Positions 62,093 to 64,000 of a stretch of 64,000 nt of DNA are shown here, one piece after another. The position numbers and the translations under genes are program-made. Under the pieces are notes generated by a model. That model had not been told where the DNA came from, did not search any database, and saw nothing but the letters and a program-made list of their open reading frames with translations. This stretch comes from Trypanosoma brucei (lineage: Eukaryota): the NCBI GenBank assembly GCA_000002445.1, contig CP000068.1, forward strand, positions 1,216,001 through 1,280,000, read 5' to 3'. Positions within the stretch are counted from its first letter, which is position 1, and the number at the start of each line of letters is the position of its first letter.

Positions 62093-64000
62093 TTATTTAC
62101 TTTTTTGTGGGGTGGGATTATTTTTTATTTTTTTTAAACGTTTTTCTTCTTTTTTCTTTTTTATTTTTTTCTTCTTTTTCTTTTCCGTTTCGAAGTTGCC
62201 GTTGTCGCTACTGCTGATGTCTTCATCTTCATTGTCTGAGAATAGTTCTCCCTTTGCTGCCTTGATAAGACGTGTGAAGGAGTCAGAGCTGTGTACGCTG
62301 ATGTCTCCATCGTCATAGTCGTTGCTGCTCTGTTGAGGGCTGTTGTCATCTGTATGATCGTCACTGTCCACTGCATCTGTCGTTCCCTTTGGTGCGCTGA
62401 TGTCTTCAAGAGCCGTTTTGCGTGAAATCTTTCCACTACGCTGAAGACGTCGAAGGCGACGAAGTTTCTTTGCTCGCTCATTATCTGCAGCGGAGTCTTG
62501 TGTAACGCGTTGTCTTAACCGTTCAGCAAATTTCTCGGGCACGTCGCCAAGGTCATTATCACTTCCACTGCCACCTTCGACATTAATACTGATGTCTTGC
62601 CCTTCATTTGCTACGCGCATATTGATTTCATCCTCTTCCGCATCGTCATCCTCATCGTAGACAACTCTCTTACTGAGGCCAAGGTCACGCACACGAAGGT
62701 CAGCAGACTCAATATACTTCCGAACCTTGCGTTTAGAAAGCCCTGCCATTCGTTCGGTAAATGTCAACTGCATCCCTTCATCCAGATGATCCTCGTTGCC
62801 TTTTTCGTGCGGCTTTTTGACTAGAAAAGGGTCATTTTTCTCTTCGTCTTCTCCGTTGATGTTTGCATCGGCAGCTAAATCAACATCCGTGCTGTCGGTT
62901 GTTGCATACCGCTGTTTCTGTTGAAGCGTGCGGAACATGTCGGAGGCAGTCAAGTGCCTTTCACGTCGTGACTTTGCATCTGCTACCTCTTTCGCGTCAC
63001 GTTTCGCCATGAAGTTAACAACATCCCACGGAAGATTCTTCGCTCCCCGCTGCAAATTCCCCAACTCTGACATGTCCGGAACCTTCATCAAACCAAGGGA
63101 ATGGGCAAATGGTGCTACATCGATAGATTTCACATCAAAAACAAGTTTATTCGCTGCAAAGTACACAGAGCGTAGATAAGCAATAAATGCCTTCTGGGCC
63201 TCATACTTGAGGCCCTGTACTACGAGTGCAACAAATATCTCCTTCGATTCCCGGAGCATTTGGGGACGTACCGCAATCTCCCGTAGTGGAATGTGCTTGT
63301 GGGCCAAAAAGGACAGCATTGGTACCTCCCGCGGGGTTAGGAAAAGTAGACTGACGCCCCGAGCACCCGCCCGCGCCGTACGACCTGCTCGATGAATATA
63401 AGTTTGAGCGCTGTCTGGACAATCGAACTGCACAGACCAGTGAATAAGTGGGAAATCAAGCCCACGTGCTGCGACATCGGTGCAAAACAGGACCGCATTC
63501 TTGCAACGACAGAACGTGAGGAATACCTCTTCACGGCGGAACTGTTTCATTTTACTAGTAAGGCACATACATGGCAGGTGCATCTTCTTCAGTATTTTAG
63601 CGAAGGCGAGATACATGTACCGCACTTGGTTGCACGTACTGACGAACACAACAAACTTGTCATTCGGGTGGCGCTTCAGGAAGAGCAGCAGTACGTCCAA
63701 CTTGCGATGCAGTTCCACAACGACGAAGTTCTGACAAAGTGTGGATGGGGTTGGGGCGGCGCACTCAGCATGCGCCGACACGTACCGTTGATTCCGCAGA
63801 GACATCTGCCCGAGCATTTGCACATCCGTTGTTTGTGTCGCCGAGAACATCAAAGTCTGACGCTGCGTTGGAAGTTGCTTGAGAATGCCACTCAGCACCT
63901 CGCGGAACCCCATGTCAAGCAGCCGATCAGCTTCGTCCATAACAAGCATTTGAAGATTATCAGTCACAAGGCTATCGTCATCCTCAAGGTGGTGCAATAC
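62093..64000 (-). CDS. DEAD-box ATP-dependent RNA helicase, 5'-truncated by the window end, nucleolar Dbp4/DDX10-like or Spb4-like with a long charged C-terminal tail.
   Basis: Motif II VMDEADRLLDMGF, III MFSATQT, V LFCTDVAARGLDFP, and VI YIHRAGRTARAG. A DUF4217-like segment follows (KSIDVAPFAHSLGLMKVP), then an acidic tail and a Lys-rich terminus (KKKKKKIKKKKEEKRLKKIKN). Motifs Q, I and Ia must lie beyond nt 64000. Confidence 0.85.
   Translation of the reverse strand, partial: VLHHLEDDDSLVTDNLQMLVMDEADRLLDMGFREVLSGILKQLPTQRQTLMFSATQTTDVQMLGQMSLRNQRYVSAHAECAAPTPSTLCQNFVVVELHRKLDVLLLFLKRHPNDKFVVFVSTCNQVRYMYLAFAKILKKMHLPCMCLTSKMKQFRREEVFLTFCRCKNAVLFCTDVAARGLDFPLIHWSVQFDCPDSAQTYIHRAGRTARAGARGVSLLFLTPREVPMLSFLAHKHIPLREIAVRPQMLRESKEIFVALVVQGLKYEAQKAFIAYLRSVYFAANKLVFDVKSIDVAPFAHSLGLMKVPDMSELGNLQRGAKNLPWDVVNFMAKRDAKEVADAKSRRERHLTASDMFRTLQQKQRYATTDSTDVDLAADANINGEDEEKNDPFLVKKPHEKGNEDHLDEGMQLTFTERMAGLSKRKVRKYIESADLRVRDLGLSKRVVYDEDDDAEEDEINMRVANEGQDISINVEGGSGSDNDLGDVPEKFAERLRQRVTQDSAADNERAKKLRRLRRLQRSGKISRKTALEDISAPKGTTDAVDSDDHTDDNSPQQSSNDYDDGDISVHSSDSFTRLIKAAKGELFSDNEDEDISSSDNGNFETEKKKKKKIKKKKEEKRLKKIKNNPTPQKSK

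Noticed and set aside
62161-62481. 106-aa - strand ORF overlapping the 3' end of the helicase gene in another frame.
   Set aside because: A frame-shifted shadow of the helicase C-terminal tail region with no independent support.
1-64000. Prokaryotic-style features (CRISPR arrays, operon signals, insertion-sequence termini, defence islands).
   Set aside because: The sequence is eukaryotic and kinetoplastid: a tandem histone array, same-strand intron-less gene trains, and polypyrimidine/AG processing signals. The only tandem repeats are the 736-bp H4 units and microsatellites. No short direct repeats with unique spacers were found.

Overview
This 64 kb window looks like nuclear DNA of a kinetoplastid, most consistent with Trypanosoma brucei. 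It is a dense, intron-less array of same-strand genes separated by pyrimidine-rich spacers, and it contains a tandem histone H4 array whose protein matches trypanosome H4. There are two convergent polycistronic units. The first runs on the + strand from 0.7 to 21.8 kb and the second on the - strand from beyond 64 kb down to 23.2 kb. They meet at a convergent strand-switch region of about 1.4 kb (21765-23170).

I support 26 protein-coding genes, given here with the coordinates after start-codon correction. On the + strand:
- 751-3699, PEX6-like AAA ATPase
- 4130-5497, MFS-type transporter
- 6320-8335, DEAD-box helicase
- 8649-9605, P4H-like 2OG oxygenase
- 10066-11172, type-I PRMT, probably PRMT6
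- 11539-12321, adenylate kinase with a 50-residue N-terminal extension
- 12864-13988, uL15m-like mitoribosomal protein
- 20331-21764, VSG-related chromosome-internal gene

On the - strand:
- 23171-24085 and 26055-26873, two signal-peptide/GPI-like surface-protein candidates
- 27191-27469, LSm7
- 27989-30442, protein with LysM-like repeats
- 30716-31027, small hypothetical ORF
- 31631-33784, nicastrin-like type-I membrane protein
- 34138-35964, PrimPol-like primase-polymerase
- 36262-37863, hypothetical with a mitochondrial-looking N-terminus
- 38438-39163, LisH/FOP-like
- 39842-41284, acidic WD40 protein
- 42046-44631, CEP104-like
- 45071-45646, basic hypothetical
- 46064-49258, large mitochondrial-looking helical protein
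- 49958-51055, ZIP metal transporter
- 52147-53307 and 53602-54750, hypotheticals
- 62093-64000, 5'-truncated second DEAD-box helicase

The histone H4 array spans 54779-61992 and holds ten near-identical 736 bp units, each with a 100-aa CDS on the - strand. A 6.3 kb interval (13989-20330) has no convincing gene.

There is no prokaryotic-style feature here: no CRISPR, no operon signals, no insertion-sequence termini. I also found no tRNA or rRNA. I see no compelling evidence of a wholly undescribed system. The most interesting signals are the trio of predicted surface proteins at the strand-switch region, the gene-poor decayed interval, the mosaic variant pattern in the H4 array, and several well-supported but rarely annotated domain architectures (PrimPol, CEP104-like, LysM-like). 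Several ORF-track starts are non-ATG artefacts and are corrected below. All family assignments come from motifs read in the translations and cannot be database-verified here.
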